This document shows, piece after piece, positions 51,343 through 61,278 of a DNA stretch of 64,000 nucleotides. Origin of the DNA: an uncultured bacterium. Its GTDB lineage: Bacteria; Verrucomicrobiota; Lentisphaeria; Victivallales; UBA1829. The translations under genes were made by a program, and so were the position numbers. How positions within the stretch are numbered: the first letter of the stretch is position 1; every line of letters begins with the position of its first letter. Below the pieces are notes generated by a model that had not been told where the DNA came from, did not search any database, and saw nothing but the letters and a program-made list of their open reading frames with translations. Where the stretch lies: NCBI GenBank assembly GCA_949290385.1, contig CASERY010000030.1:4300-68299 (forward strand), in the 5' to 3' direction.

Positions 51343-52327
51343 TTTTTTGACGCAGAAAAGCTGTTTTTACAGACGTTTCGCCGGACTTGGAATCAGAGGT
51401 CCCGGCGGATGATTCAGAATAGACTGCTTTTGCAAGGATTGCTGTTCCGCTGGATGCATTGAATGCGGGGGAGTTGAAAATCCCGCAAAGGCAGTTTGTT
51501 TATTTTTGAAATCTGATTCTTTGACTCAAAGAAGATAAAAAAAGAGTGCCGGAGTTGTCCGGAACGAGAAATACAAAGTGCGGATTCACGCTGGAATTCG
51601 GACGATATCAGCCCCTGAAGATTCTGTTTAGATCAGGTGCGGCAGTCCCCCCCTGCAGGATGATGGCAGGCAGGCTGCGGGACAGAGAATCTGTTCAGCC
51701 AGAATAAAGAGTTTTTTTCAGGAAGAGCTTGAAAACAGGATGGGAACTGAGAGGAATCCGGGAAAATCAGAAAGTCAGTCACGTAGATGTCTGACATCGG
51801 CAATTCCCGAACAAAGAATGAAATGAGTTCTTGAAGATCCTCGCCAGAAAAATACCGGATCAAACTGAATGAAAGGTTTCATTCGTTTGAAATCAGGAAA
51901 AGCAAGGCCTTTTGCCATGCTCTGAAAAAAACTTTCTGGGGGAGATTTTCCGGAATAACCTCAGCTCCTGATAGTTAAAAGCTCAAATAAAGTTCCTTCA
52001 GAGTCTGATACCGCGATTCCAATGGGATTCGCAGATAGACCTTTTTTCTTATTCCGATTCCCCAACCCCGGCAGAGCAGTATCTAAAATTTTAACCGTTT
52101 GCAGAGAGATGCTGCAGGGGAATGAATCCTGCAATCCAGAAAGCTGAATGAGAAAACGGGATTCCAGTCGGATTCAGCAAAAAGCTGACCGGGGGGATCT
52201 CTGTTAGAATGAGAAGGAAAAAACAGATGGAATTTCTATTCTTCTCACACAGGAACAGTCTTGGAGCGGAGAAAATTTTCTTCGGCAGCGGAAGGTCTGC
52301 AAAAGTCTCAAAAGAGGAGACCCATTT

Positions 52328-54442
52328 ATGAAGCCGGAAACATCCGTCACAATCAACATCGGACCGGGGAAGGACATTACTCTTTCTACCGGTAAAATCT
52401 TAGGTCTTGCAAATGGTTCCTGTACAGTGCGCCAGGGGGATACGGTGGTTCTTTCTGCCGTATGTTCCGGAGCGGCCAAAAAAGGACAGGATTTTTTCCC
52501 ACTGCAGGTGGATTATCGTGAAAAATATTCTGCCGCCGGACGGTTCCCCGGGGGATACATTAAACGGGAAGGACGTCCTTCCGATAAAGAAATCCTGATT
52601 ATGCGTATGACAGACCGTCCGCTGCGCCCGCTTTTCCCGGAAGGCTTTTTTGATGAAGTTCAGGTCTATGGAATGCTTCTTGCTGCCGATGGAATCAATG
52701 AAGGAGACACGCTTGGAATGCTGGGAGCATCCTGTTCCCTTTGTCTTTCCGATCTTCCATTCCAGGGACCGATTGGAGCTTTGCGTGTAGGCCTGGTAGA
52801 CGGCAAGTTTATTGCCAATCCCACTTCTGACGAAATCAAGAAGAGTGAAATTGAGCTGATTTATGCGGGACTTCCGGATAAAGTTATCATGATCGAAGGC
52901 GAAGCGAAGGAGTGTTCTGAACAGACCCTGGCAGATGCAATGTATTTTGCCAATGAGATCATTAAGAAAATGTGTGCCGCACAGGTGGAGCTTATGAACA
53001 AGGCCGGAAGACCGAAAAAGACTCCGGAACTGCATTTTGTCCCGGCTGAAATGGCGGCCGATATCGAGAAGTTTGCCGGCGATGAGCTGGAAGATGCTGC
53101 GTTCCTGCTGGGCAAGGAGGAGCGGTCCAAAGCACTGGATGCCGTAAAGACAAAAATTGATGAGGAAATCAAGCCGAAATATTTCGACCTTTATGGTGAA
53201 GAGGACTACAATTTCTATCTGAATATGGGATGGGACAAACTGGTTCAGAAAGTTGTCCGCACTGCGATTCTGGAGAAACACCGCCGCATGGATGGTCGGG
53301 ATATTACGCAGCTGCGTCCGCTTTCTGCGGAAGTCGGAGTTCTTCCTGTTGTTCATGGAAGCGGACTTTTCACCCGTGGTGAAACCCAGGCTCTGGTGGT
53401 GACAACACTGGGTGGTCCGCAGGACGCGCAGGAATCGGATCTGGTTACAGGCGGAACAGAAGTCAAGAAATTCTATCTGCATTATAACTTCCCGAATTAT
53501 TCTGTCGGCGAAGTTGGCAAAATCGGTGGTCTGAGCCGTCGTGAAATCGGCCATGGAAATCTGGCGGAGCGTTCTTTGAAGCAGGTGATTCCGGAAGATT
53601 TCCCGTATACGGTGCGTTGTGTTTCAGAAATCATGTCTTCCAACGGATCCACTTCCATGGCTTCAGTCTGTGGAGGAACTCTTTCTCTGATGGATGCGGG
53701 AGTCCCGATCAAGGCTCCAGTTGTGGGAATTTCCTGCGGACTGGTGACAGATGATACTGGAAAAGAGCTGATTCTTACAGATATTATCGGCGCAGAGGAC
53801 CATTACGGTGATATGGACTTCAAGGTTTGTGGAACCGAGTTTGGCGGAATCACCGGGTTCCAGCTGGATTTGAAGCTTCCGGGTATTCCTATTGATACTC
53901 TGGTTCGTGCCATGGATCAGAATAAGGCTGCGCGCAAGGAGATTCATCAGGTGATCAAGGCCTGTATTGCTTCTCCGCGTCCTGAATTGAGCCCGAGAGC
54001 ACCGCAGATGGTGGTTGTGAAAATCAATCCGGAAAAAATTGGTGCTCTTATTGGAACAGGCGGAAAGAATATCAAGGAAATTACAGAATCTACCGGGGCG
54101 CAGGTGAATATTGAAGATGATGGTTCTGTGACGATTCTTGCCAGAAACAAGGAAGTCCTTGAAGAAGTCAAACGCAAGATTGATTACTATACAGCTGAAC
54201 CGGAAGTCGGCAAGATTTACCGCGGTCTGGTGAAGACGGTCCGTGACTTTGGTGCCTTTGTGGAAATCCTCCCCGGACAGGATGGTCTGCTGCATATCTC
54301 CGAAATGGCAAACTATCGCGTCAATCAGGTTTCGGATATTTGCAAGGAAGGCGATTATATTACTGTAAAAGTAATTGATATTGACCGCAGCGGCAAAATT
54401 CGTCTGAGCCGCAAAGCAGCGCTGGAAGAACTGGATAAGTAA
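52328..54442 (+). CDS. pnp: Polyribonucleotide nucleotidyltransferase (PNPase)
   Basis: 704 aa with two RNase PH domains, then KH (IGALIGTGGKNIK) and S1 (GKIYRGLVKTVRDFGAFVEI). Stop TAA. Confidence 0.96.
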   Translation: MKPETSVTINIGPGKDITLSTGKILGLANGSCTVRQGDTVVLSAVCSGAAKKGQDFFPLQVDYREKYSAAGRFPGGYIKREGRPSDKEILIMRMTDRPLRPLFPEGFFDEVQVYGMLLAADGINEGDTLGMLGASCSLCLSDLPFQGPIGALRVGLVDGKFIANPTSDEIKKSEIELIYAGLPDKVIMIEGEAKECSEQTLADAMYFANEIIKKMCAAQVELMNKAGRPKKTPELHFVPAEMAADIEKFAGDELEDAAFLLGKEERSKALDAVKTKIDEEIKPKYFDLYGEEDYNFYLNMGWDKLVQKVVRTAILEKHRRMDGRDITQLRPLSAEVGVLPVVHGSGLFTRGETQALVVTTLGGPQDAQESDLVTGGTEVKKFYLHYNFPNYSVGEVGKIGGLSRREIGHGNLAERSLKQVIPEDFPYTVRCVSEIMSSNGSTSMASVCGGTLSLMDAGVPIKAPVVGISCGLVTDDTGKELILTDIIGAEDHYGDMDFKVCGTEFGGITGFQLDLKLPGIPIDTLVRAMDQNKAARKEIHQVIKACIASPRPELSPRAPQMVVVKINPEKIGALIGTGGKNIKEITESTGAQVNIEDDGSVTILARNKEVLEEVKRKIDYYTAEPEVGKIYRGLVKTVRDFGAFVEILPGQDGLLHISEMANYRVNQVSDICKEGDYITVKVIDIDRSGKIRLSRKAALEELDK

Positions 54443-54509
54443 GGTTTATTTATTTCTCCCGGAAAGAAATGAAATGTCGGGAGAGCGTATGTATTAAGAA
54501 TGAATTTTT

Positions 54510-54557
54510 CCCCTCTTTCCGGATGGACTATCCGCTGGAAAGAGGGGAGTTTTTTTA
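54510..54557 (+). terminator. Intrinsic terminator after pnp
   Basis: cccctctttcc (54510-54520) pairs perfectly with ggaaagagggg (54537-54547), followed by the T-run 54550-54556. Confidence 0.8.
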
Positions 54558-55130
54558 TTGAAGTGTTATCCCGTGAAAGGGCATGGGAACAATCCATTTC
54601 TTTGTGAAGCAGATTTTTTATGAAGCAGGTCTTGCTGAAGCATATTTCTTTCTACTAGAGATTCTCGGGGGAATGGAAGGAAGGTTTAGCTGTTTTTATA
54701 AGAAATTCTAAGAAGATTTTAAGAACAGGCAGGAGCTTTTTCCGGAAAATATTCGGTACAGATCTATAGAAAAAATCTGGTCACGGACCGGTTTGCTGAT
54801 GGCTTTCCCCGAAAAATATTCAGTATAGACTGTTTCCCCTGTATAGAAGGCTCCTGGCTTCTTTCTGGATTCCAGAAAAAGATTGAACTTTTCCCGAAAG
54901 AAAGACTGGAAATAAAAGTGGGATTCATTATGTTAGAAAGATGGGGTTAGAGTGTTTCTCCCAGTCCTGAAGTGTGAAGGCTGATGATGAAATTTAGACA
55001 GCTGGATGAAGGGGAAGCGCTTTCCTGAAGCATCATGTATTCTGTTTTCTGGTAAATACCGGGAAAGGTGAAGCCGAAACAACTGAATGAAAAAGTGGAT
55101 GTGAATGCCGGCATGGTAGAAAATGGAAGA

Positions 55131-55231
55131 GGCGTTCTGCCTCTATAACAGAATGGAAGTTCTGGAGATTGTGTCCAATATCTGGACATGTGGGGTGGCG
55201 GGCGTTCTGCACAGCTATAACAGAATGGAAG
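55131..55231. repeat. Two copies of a roughly 30-bp direct repeat (ggcgttctgc-N3/5-tataacagaatggaag), 70 bp apart
   Basis: Copies at 55131-55159 and 55201-55231, just upstream of the hydrolase gene start at 55267. Confidence 0.9.
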
Positions 55232-55266
55232 GCATGAATGATAGGCTTGTTTTTGGAGGTTTTATA

Positions 55267-56190
55267 ATGAAAATAAGTTTGAGATAGAGTTTTTTATTTT
55301 TCTTGCTGATACAGTCGCTTGTTTGGACGGTGGGCTGCTATCAGATTGTACCCCGGAACTATGCGCAGAGAATTGAGCCCGGCGGAACGATTGAAGATCA
55401 CTTTTTGAAAATGGGGCCTTATAAAGTCGCGAGAACAGACATTGATTATTCCGGAAAAGAGGAGGAAGTGTATGCAATCTGGTATCCGGAGAATATCGGC
55501 GAACTTGACAGGAAATTTCCATTGATTATTGTCAATGGAGGAAAGGGAGAGAAAGCCTCTCTTTGTGAAAGTTTGTTTGAACATCTGGCCTCCTGGGGAT
55601 TTATCGTTGCCGGCATGGAGCAGGACCTTTCGTGGGAAGCGTCGGAGGCTGGAATGATCTTAAAGAGAATGCGGCAGCTTCATACTGTGCAGGAATGCGA
55701 ATATTTGAGCGCAAATCCGTTTTATGAGAAGGTGGATCTGGACCGGATTGGTATATATGGTCATGCTCAGGGAGGGGCTGGAAGCATCAACAGCATTGCC
55801 GGGGGGGAGAATGGGGCTATGTACAAAGCTGCTTTTATCAGCAGTCCTGCTGAGCCGGAGCGTGTTCATTTCCCTGAATGGGAACATGATTTGTCCAGTA
55901 TCAGTATCCCGATTGTGCTTTGTGCCGGAACAGATACCGCAGAGAAGGAGCAAAAATGTTCTTTGGGAAAAATGAGATTCATGTATGACCAGATTCCATC
56001 CAGAATCAAAGTGATGATGTGCCGGCACGAGAACAGCCATGATGAAATGCTGTACGCTGCGGATGGTTATATGACTGCTTTCTTTATGTGGCAGCTGCAG
56101 GATGATCAATCTGCAGCGGGCGCGTTTACTGTCGAAAATGCTGAAATTCTGAGAAATCCAGCCTATCAGGATGTAAAGAAGAATTTTTGA
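55267..56190 (+). CDS. Secreted alpha/beta hydrolase (dienelactone-hydrolase/cutinase-like) with in-frame TAG at 55285-55287
   Basis: GGAGG lies 7 nt upstream of ATG 55267. The sequence reads MKISLR-TAG-SFLFFLLIQSLVWTVGC..., a signal-peptide-like N-terminus. The track ORF 55303..56190 is in the same frame. GIYGHAQGG is the nucleophile elbow. Stop TGA. Confidence 0.7.
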
Positions 56191-56276
56191 AAACGGCCGA
56201 AGATTTACTCCCATTTCAAAACCACGGTCCGGGCATATTACCGGGCCGTATCCGAAGAAGATTCGTCATCCTGCGA

Positions 56277-56855
56277 TTATTTGGCGCTCTGTTGGGAGGA
56301 AGGCGTGTTATCTAGCGTAATATTATGATCCTCTTGTCTGTTTTCTCCGGGACTGCATTGTGCCCGGAGGATTAGAAAATCTCTCCAGAGAGAAGGATCT
56401 TTTTTCAGAAGTTTAGAAAGTTTTGACGGACTTGTCTGAAGTAGTTCCGCAGATTGATGAAGATCTGCAGAACAGGAAAAAAGAACGTCGAAAAAGTCCG
56501 CAATCCAGCATGGATAACGCGTATTCCCGGCAGAGGGGACAGGCTCCAGATGAAAGAGTCGTTTTTCCAGTGGATACTGATCCAAGGGGATACGGATCTG
56601 CCGTGCGATTTCTCTTCGGAGTTTCTGACAGGCAATTTTTCTGTTGGCAAGCTGGCTTCTGGATTCCATGCAGCGTACAGAAATTCCGCTGGAAAGATGA
56701 AGTGCACGAACGGAGGATGAGGTTTTGTTGATTTTCTGTCCGCCATGGCCGGTCGCTTTCTGAAAGTCCAGATGAATCATTCTGGAAAAATCTTCTTCTG
56801 ATGCAGAGAGGATTCTGCTTCTTTCTTCATAGGTCATATCGGCGACAGTCTTCAT
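56277..56855 (-). CDS. GGQ-domain protein (class-I release-factor domain-3-like, RF-H/ArfB-like) with unrelated C-terminal domain
   Basis: KATGHGGQKINKTSSSVRALHLSSGISVRCMESRSQLANRKIA matches the peptidyl-tRNA hydrolase domain of RF1/RF2/PrfH. No codon-recognition domain is visible. The C-terminal roughly 100 aa has an HTH-like segment (SAELLQTSPSKLSKLLKK). Stop TAA. Confidence 0.7.
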   Translation of the reverse strand: MKTVADMTYEERSRILSASEEDFSRMIHLDFQKATGHGGQKINKTSSSVRALHLSSGISVRCMESRSQLANRKIACQKLRREIARQIRIPLDQYPLEKRLFHLEPVPSAGNTRYPCWIADFFDVLFSCSADLHQSAELLQTSPSKLSKLLKKDPSLWRDFLILRAQCSPGENRQEDHNITLDNTPSSQQSAK

Positions 56856-56858
56856 GGT

Positions 56859-57626
56859 TCAGGCAAGCTCCAGCAGAACAGGACAGTGGTCGGATCCTGC
56901 AATTTCCGGAAGTATTTCTGCCTTGCGGATGCGTTTTTCCAGCCCCGGTGAAACATAAAAATAATCCAGCCGCCAGCCAGTATTCCGGATTCTGGCGTTT
57001 GTCCGCATACTCCACCAGGTGTAGGCGTCGCGCTGATCGGGATGGAGATGGCGGAATGTGTCAATAAAGCCGGCATCCTCCAGTGTGTCCATCCAGTCTC
57101 TTTCAACTTTCAAAAAGCCGGAGACCATTTCATTTTCCTTGGGGCGGGCAATGTCTATTTCCCGATGGGCTGTATTGAAATCTCCGCAGATGACGATTTC
57201 TTTTCCTTCTTGAAGACGTTTTTTCCATAAGCAGAGGGCCGCATCATAGAAGCGCAGTTTATAGTCAAGGCGGATTTCGTCCTTTTGTCCGTTGGGGAAA
57301 TAAATATTGTACAGGAGAAAATCCGGGTGCTCAGTGATGAGAATTCGCCCTTCCGAGTCAAATTCTTCATCGGCTTCGAGACTTCTTCCTACTGTTTTAA
57401 AGGGGATCCGGCAGAGCGTGCCAACGCCGCTGTATCCTTTGCGTTCTCCCAGTTCAAAGACAGACTGATAACCCTCCAGGGAAAGAATTTCCACCGGAAT
57501 TTGATCGGGTGCCGCTTTGGTTTCCTGAAAGCAGATAATATCCGCATTCAGGACCGTGAGGGAAGGTAGAATTTGTTTTTTGACTGCGGCCCGGATTCCA
57601 TTGATATTCCAAGAAACAATGCGCAT
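56859..57626 (-). CDS. xth: Exodeoxyribonuclease III
   Basis: MRIVSWNINGIRA, CFQETK and the C-terminal SDHCPV. Start placed at ATG 57624-57626 within ORF 56859..57683. Stop TGA. Confidence 0.9.
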   Translation of the reverse strand: MRIVSWNINGIRAAVKKQILPSLTVLNADIICFQETKAAPDQIPVEILSLEGYQSVFELGERKGYSGVGTLCRIPFKTVGRSLEADEEFDSEGRILITEHPDFLLYNIYFPNGQKDEIRLDYKLRFYDAALCLWKKRLQEGKEIVICGDFNTAHREIDIARPKENEMVSGFLKVERDWMDTLEDAGFIDTFRHLHPDQRDAYTWWSMRTNARIRNTGWRLDYFYVSPGLEKRIRKAEILPEIAGSDHCPVLLELA

Positions 57627-57630
57627 AGAA

Positions 57631-58086
57631 TCAATAGGGCCTTTCTGCAAGGGCATTTTCAGCCTGGTAAAGAATTTTCCCATCCGGCGAGAGAAGCTGG
57701 ACCTGCCAAATCCAGACAGAATCTTTTTCCTGAAGAGAATCTTTCAGCTCATAAATATTTTCAGCTTCTCCATAAAAGATGACCCGGGCGTTGAGGAGCT
57801 GTTGTACTACAGCAAAATTCAAGGCGTTGTACTGATCCACATGGATGCCGGGCTTGCCATGAGTCAACTCATTGGAGAGAGCCATGGAAATGCCGTTGAC
57901 AACAGAAGCTGTGGCTTCATTGAAGGTCAGTGACGAGACTTGGGGGATTCCCGGAACAATGCCGCTATCCGGTTCAGGACGGTCACTGTACCACCAGTCC
58001 CGGACAGAATCACAGCTGCAGCAAAGCAGTGCAGCGCAGAATAAAAAGGTCATGAGAAGCGTCTGTTTAGAATAGAAATGAAGCAT
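57631..58086 (-). CDS. Hypothetical lipoprotein
   Basis: MLHFYSKQTLLMTFLFCAALLCCSC signal/lipobox. No family recognised. It lies 4 nt upstream of xth. Stop TGA. Confidence 0.55.
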   Translation of the reverse strand: MLHFYSKQTLLMTFLFCAALLCCSCDSVRDWWYSDRPEPDSGIVPGIPQVSSLTFNEATASVVNGISMALSNELTHGKPGIHVDQYNALNFAVVQQLLNARVIFYGEAENIYELKDSLQEKDSVWIWQVQLLSPDGKILYQAENALAERPY

Positions 58087-58330
58087 TTTTTTCCCTTTGA
58101 ATGAAAATGGGTGTTTTTTAGAATGATGGAGTCTGTTCACCTTTTCTTCTTCCTGCCTTTTTCGTGGAAGGAAGACAGAAAAGCACTCTTACAGCACATT
58201 TATACAGAAAAAACAGTACTGTCTTTTCCCGGAAATTGCAAATTCCAGCAAGGAAAATCCGTATTTTGCTTTTCGGGTTTTCCGTCTTTCTGCTGCTAGG
58301 GGATACCCCCCACACACAAAGCATGGTTTT

Positions 58331-59626
58331 TCAGTGCACAGGGAGGTTCAGAAGGTTCAACGCTTCTCCACAGAGATGGAGAGAGCCGCAGAGAACTTTC
58401 CAGTCCCCGTCAGGAAATTCAGAGAAGAGCGAAGATGCCAGCGAAACCTTGGAAGAAGGAATCGCCGGATTAATCCTGCGAAGTTCCATGCAGAGTTCAG
58501 CCCCTGTCTTGCTGGACCTTGATGTGTTCATATGGACAAACTGAAAAGATCGGGCAACAGGAGCAAGTATTTTTAATCCGTCAAATGTATCCTTGTCAGA
58601 AAAGGCTCCGAAGATAAAGTGGAATTTTTTTCCGGGGAAAACTTCTTTCAGTGCATTTGCAAGCGCTTCAACTCCTTCCGGATTGTGAGCTCCATCCAGG
58701 ATCAGATGATGTTCCTGATCCACTTGAAACCGTGCTTCCCATCTTGCTTTCCGAATGCCGTTTGCAGCATTCTCCAGAGAAAAATGAAAATGTCCAGCAA
58801 GATATTCCAATGCAGAAAATGCCAGAGAACCATTGTTTCTCTGGTGCGGTCCGGCCAGGGGAACACAGAGCTCAGGGCCTCCCTCCAGGCGAAATTTCTG
58901 AAGAATGCAGTCTTTCTTTTCTGTCCATTCCAGGACAGGATGAAAGGAGAGATCCACGGGTCTGGACAGCGAAAAAGGTGCATGGATGGATGCCGCTTTT
59001 TCCTGAATGACTTTTAACGCCGCCGGAGGCGTTGTACAGGCACAGATAACAGGAATACCAGACTTGATAATGCCGGCTTTTTCAGAGGCAATTTTTTCCA
59101 GGGTGTCTCCAAGATATTCCGTATGTTCCATGGAAATCCCCGTTATTAGAGAAAGCACCGGCGTGACAATGTTGGTACAATCCAGACGACCGCCCATGCC
59201 GACTTCCCAGATGACAAAATCCGTCTGTGCATCCGCAAAAATCATGGCGGCAATGACCGTGGTTACTTCAAAATAAGTAGCCTTCATACCTTTTTCTGCA
59301 AGGGCTGCGATTGCCGGACGGATTTTTTCGACATATTCCGCAACCGTTTCATCGGAAACGGCAGCGCCGTTGATTCGGAAGCGTTCTCCTGCCCGGCGCA
59401 GATGCGGAGAGGAATAAAATCCGGTTTTAAAACCGGCATTCCGGAGTGCGGATTCAATCATGGCGCAGACAGAACCTTTTCCGTTGCTTCCTGCCACATG
59501 AATAAACTTGAGGTGCTGATGAGGATTTCCTGCTTCTTCGAAAAGAGCACGGGTTTGTTCCATGCCAAGTTTGATGCCGAAGAATTCCAGGGAGCTTAGA
59601 AAAGCAAGTGATTTTTGGATGTTCAT
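58331..59626 (-). CDS. folC: Bifunctional folylpolyglutamate synthase / dihydrofolate synthase
   Basis: HVAGSNGKGSV P-loop with Mur-ligase middle and C-terminal domains. Stop TGA. Confidence 0.9.
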   Translation of the reverse strand: MNIQKSLAFLSSLEFFGIKLGMEQTRALFEEAGNPHQHLKFIHVAGSNGKGSVCAMIESALRNAGFKTGFYSSPHLRRAGERFRINGAAVSDETVAEYVEKIRPAIAALAEKGMKATYFEVTTVIAAMIFADAQTDFVIWEVGMGGRLDCTNIVTPVLSLITGISMEHTEYLGDTLEKIASEKAGIIKSGIPVICACTTPPAALKVIQEKAASIHAPFSLSRPVDLSFHPVLEWTEKKDCILQKFRLEGGPELCVPLAGPHQRNNGSLAFSALEYLAGHFHFSLENAANGIRKARWEARFQVDQEHHLILDGAHNPEGVEALANALKEVFPGKKFHFIFGAFSDKDTFDGLKILAPVARSFQFVHMNTSRSSKTGAELCMELRRINPAIPSSKVSLASSLFSEFPDGDWKVLCGSLHLCGEALNLLNLPVH

Positions 59627-59729
59627 ATATGAAGAAATATCCTTATGAGATGTGATGCTGAAATCAAGAGAAAAATGGAATCCCTATGAAAATCCTGCTG
59701 AAGAATTGAAGAACAACTCTTTTTCGGGT

Positions 59730-60941
59730 TCATGGAAGCAGCGGGGACCAGTCCGGCTGAGCCGTGCGGGAAGATCCGGATACGAGTTTGCGGGTTTTTC
59801 CAAGGAATGTATCCACGACAAGAATTTCTCCGTTATTTTCTATTACCACGTGCCGGTTGTCGGGAGCCCAGGACGGCCCTTCTCCCTGAATGAGGATGCT
59901 TTTCTGGTTCGCGGGACCGATATTGAGCTGAACAGGAGATCCGGATTTCATATCTACAACTGCCAGATAGTATTTTTTGTCGATTCTTGCAGAATAGGCA
60001 ATTTTGTTGTCGGAGGACCAGTCCGGGGCAACTCGTTCACTTCCGGAAATATTGGAGAGCTGACGCGGTTTGCTTCCATCCCATGGATTGACAACATACA
60101 AAGTGGGACGTCCGGTGGCATCAGAAACAAAACAGATTTGTTTGCCGTCAGGCGACCAGCAGGGGCTTGCTTCCACGGAACGATTTTTCGTGATACGCTG
60201 AAGTTTGGAGGATTCTGTTTCACGAACATAAAGATCCACCTGATCATCCCTGGCCAGAATCAGCGCCGTATAACGTCCGTCTGTGGGGGAAAGCGCTCCG
60301 CCTGCATTGAGTCCTCGGTAGGACGTCAGTTTGCGGCTTTTCCCGGATTCCAGATCGTATTGAACCAGACTGGTGTAAGCCGGTCCGTAAAAGGTATAAA
60401 TAATGGTTTTTCCGTCATATCCCCAGACAGGTTCGATGGAATGTGTACCGTTGCGGGTGATCTGTTGAATATTCTGTCCATCAAAATCGCACATGAGCAG
60501 TTCCCGGTTTCCGTTGCGGGTGTTGACTACAAAAACAATTTTGGAGTTGCAGATTCCATCCACCTGGAAGAGCTCTTTTAGAACCGCATCTACGGCTTTA
60601 TGGGCGCATTCCCGGGTGCTCTCTCCTGAACCACGGACCTGTGCCATCGTGAGTCCGGCTGAATTTGCAATATTCAGTGTCAGAGAACGGGTATTTCCAG
60701 ATCCGGAAACAATATAATCGGCATTTTTGTCTTTGGTGAGCTGGAACCATCCACAATTGGCAAAATCCGAGAGCACTTGCTGAGAAAGCTCGTCATTGCC
60801 CGGAATCCCCTGGAAGAACAAGGTCGGATTCCGGATCAGACCTTCTTTGCTGATAGTGATTTGTGCCGCTGCAGGGAACTGAATCAGAATCAGGAATACA
60901 CAGCAGATTGCGAACGAAAAAATTATTTTGATATGTCTCAT
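59730..60941 (-). CDS. tolB: TolB-like periplasmic beta-propeller protein (PD40 repeats)
   Basis: Signal peptide MRHIKIIFSFAICCVFLILIQFPAAA, a TolB-type N-terminal domain, then repeated ...P.WSPDG... PD40 blades. Stop TGA. Confidence 0.78.
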   Translation of the reverse strand: MRHIKIIFSFAICCVFLILIQFPAAAQITISKEGLIRNPTLFFQGIPGNDELSQQVLSDFANCGWFQLTKDKNADYIVSGSGNTRSLTLNIANSAGLTMAQVRGSGESTRECAHKAVDAVLKELFQVDGICNSKIVFVVNTRNGNRELLMCDFDGQNIQQITRNGTHSIEPVWGYDGKTIIYTFYGPAYTSLVQYDLESGKSRKLTSYRGLNAGGALSPTDGRYTALILARDDQVDLYVRETESSKLQRITKNRSVEASPCWSPDGKQICFVSDATGRPTLYVVNPWDGSKPRQLSNISGSERVAPDWSSDNKIAYSARIDKKYYLAVVDMKSGSPVQLNIGPANQKSILIQGEGPSWAPDNRHVVIENNGEILVVDTFLGKTRKLVSGSSRTAQPDWSPLLP

Positions 60942-61278
60942 CTTTTCAAAATCTCCGGGAAAGGGTAAGGAATTACATTTTATAGAATAACAATCCACTA
61001 TAAGATAATGCGGAGGCGCTATTTCGCAAGCAGGGAACGTGATTTTTTTCAGGTCAGAAAAATTCGTTTGAAAGAGCTGGAAGTTTTTCAGCAAATCCGA
61101 TGGCGGAACTGAATCTTTTACTTTGACTTGACTTCAGCGGGATGGTTTCAGAATCCACCGCGAAAAAGTCCTTGAAATCCGCGGATGCCGCAATATGTTA
61201 GCATTTGGCATAGGACATACGAGTATCTGCTGTGCTTAATAGTAAAGAAGACAGTAAAAACAGACGGAGGAATAAGGG

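Noticed and set aside
51633-51863. 76-aa minus-strand ORF in the rpsO-pnp spacer
   Set aside because: It has a TTG start without an SD, no family resemblance and lies antisense within a probable pnp leader. It is kept only as part of the long-spacer observation.
52400-53554. 384-aa minus-strand ORF
   Set aside because: It is the antisense shadow of pnp.
59652-60581. 309-aa plus-strand ORF
   Set aside because: It is the antisense shadow of the tolB-like gene.
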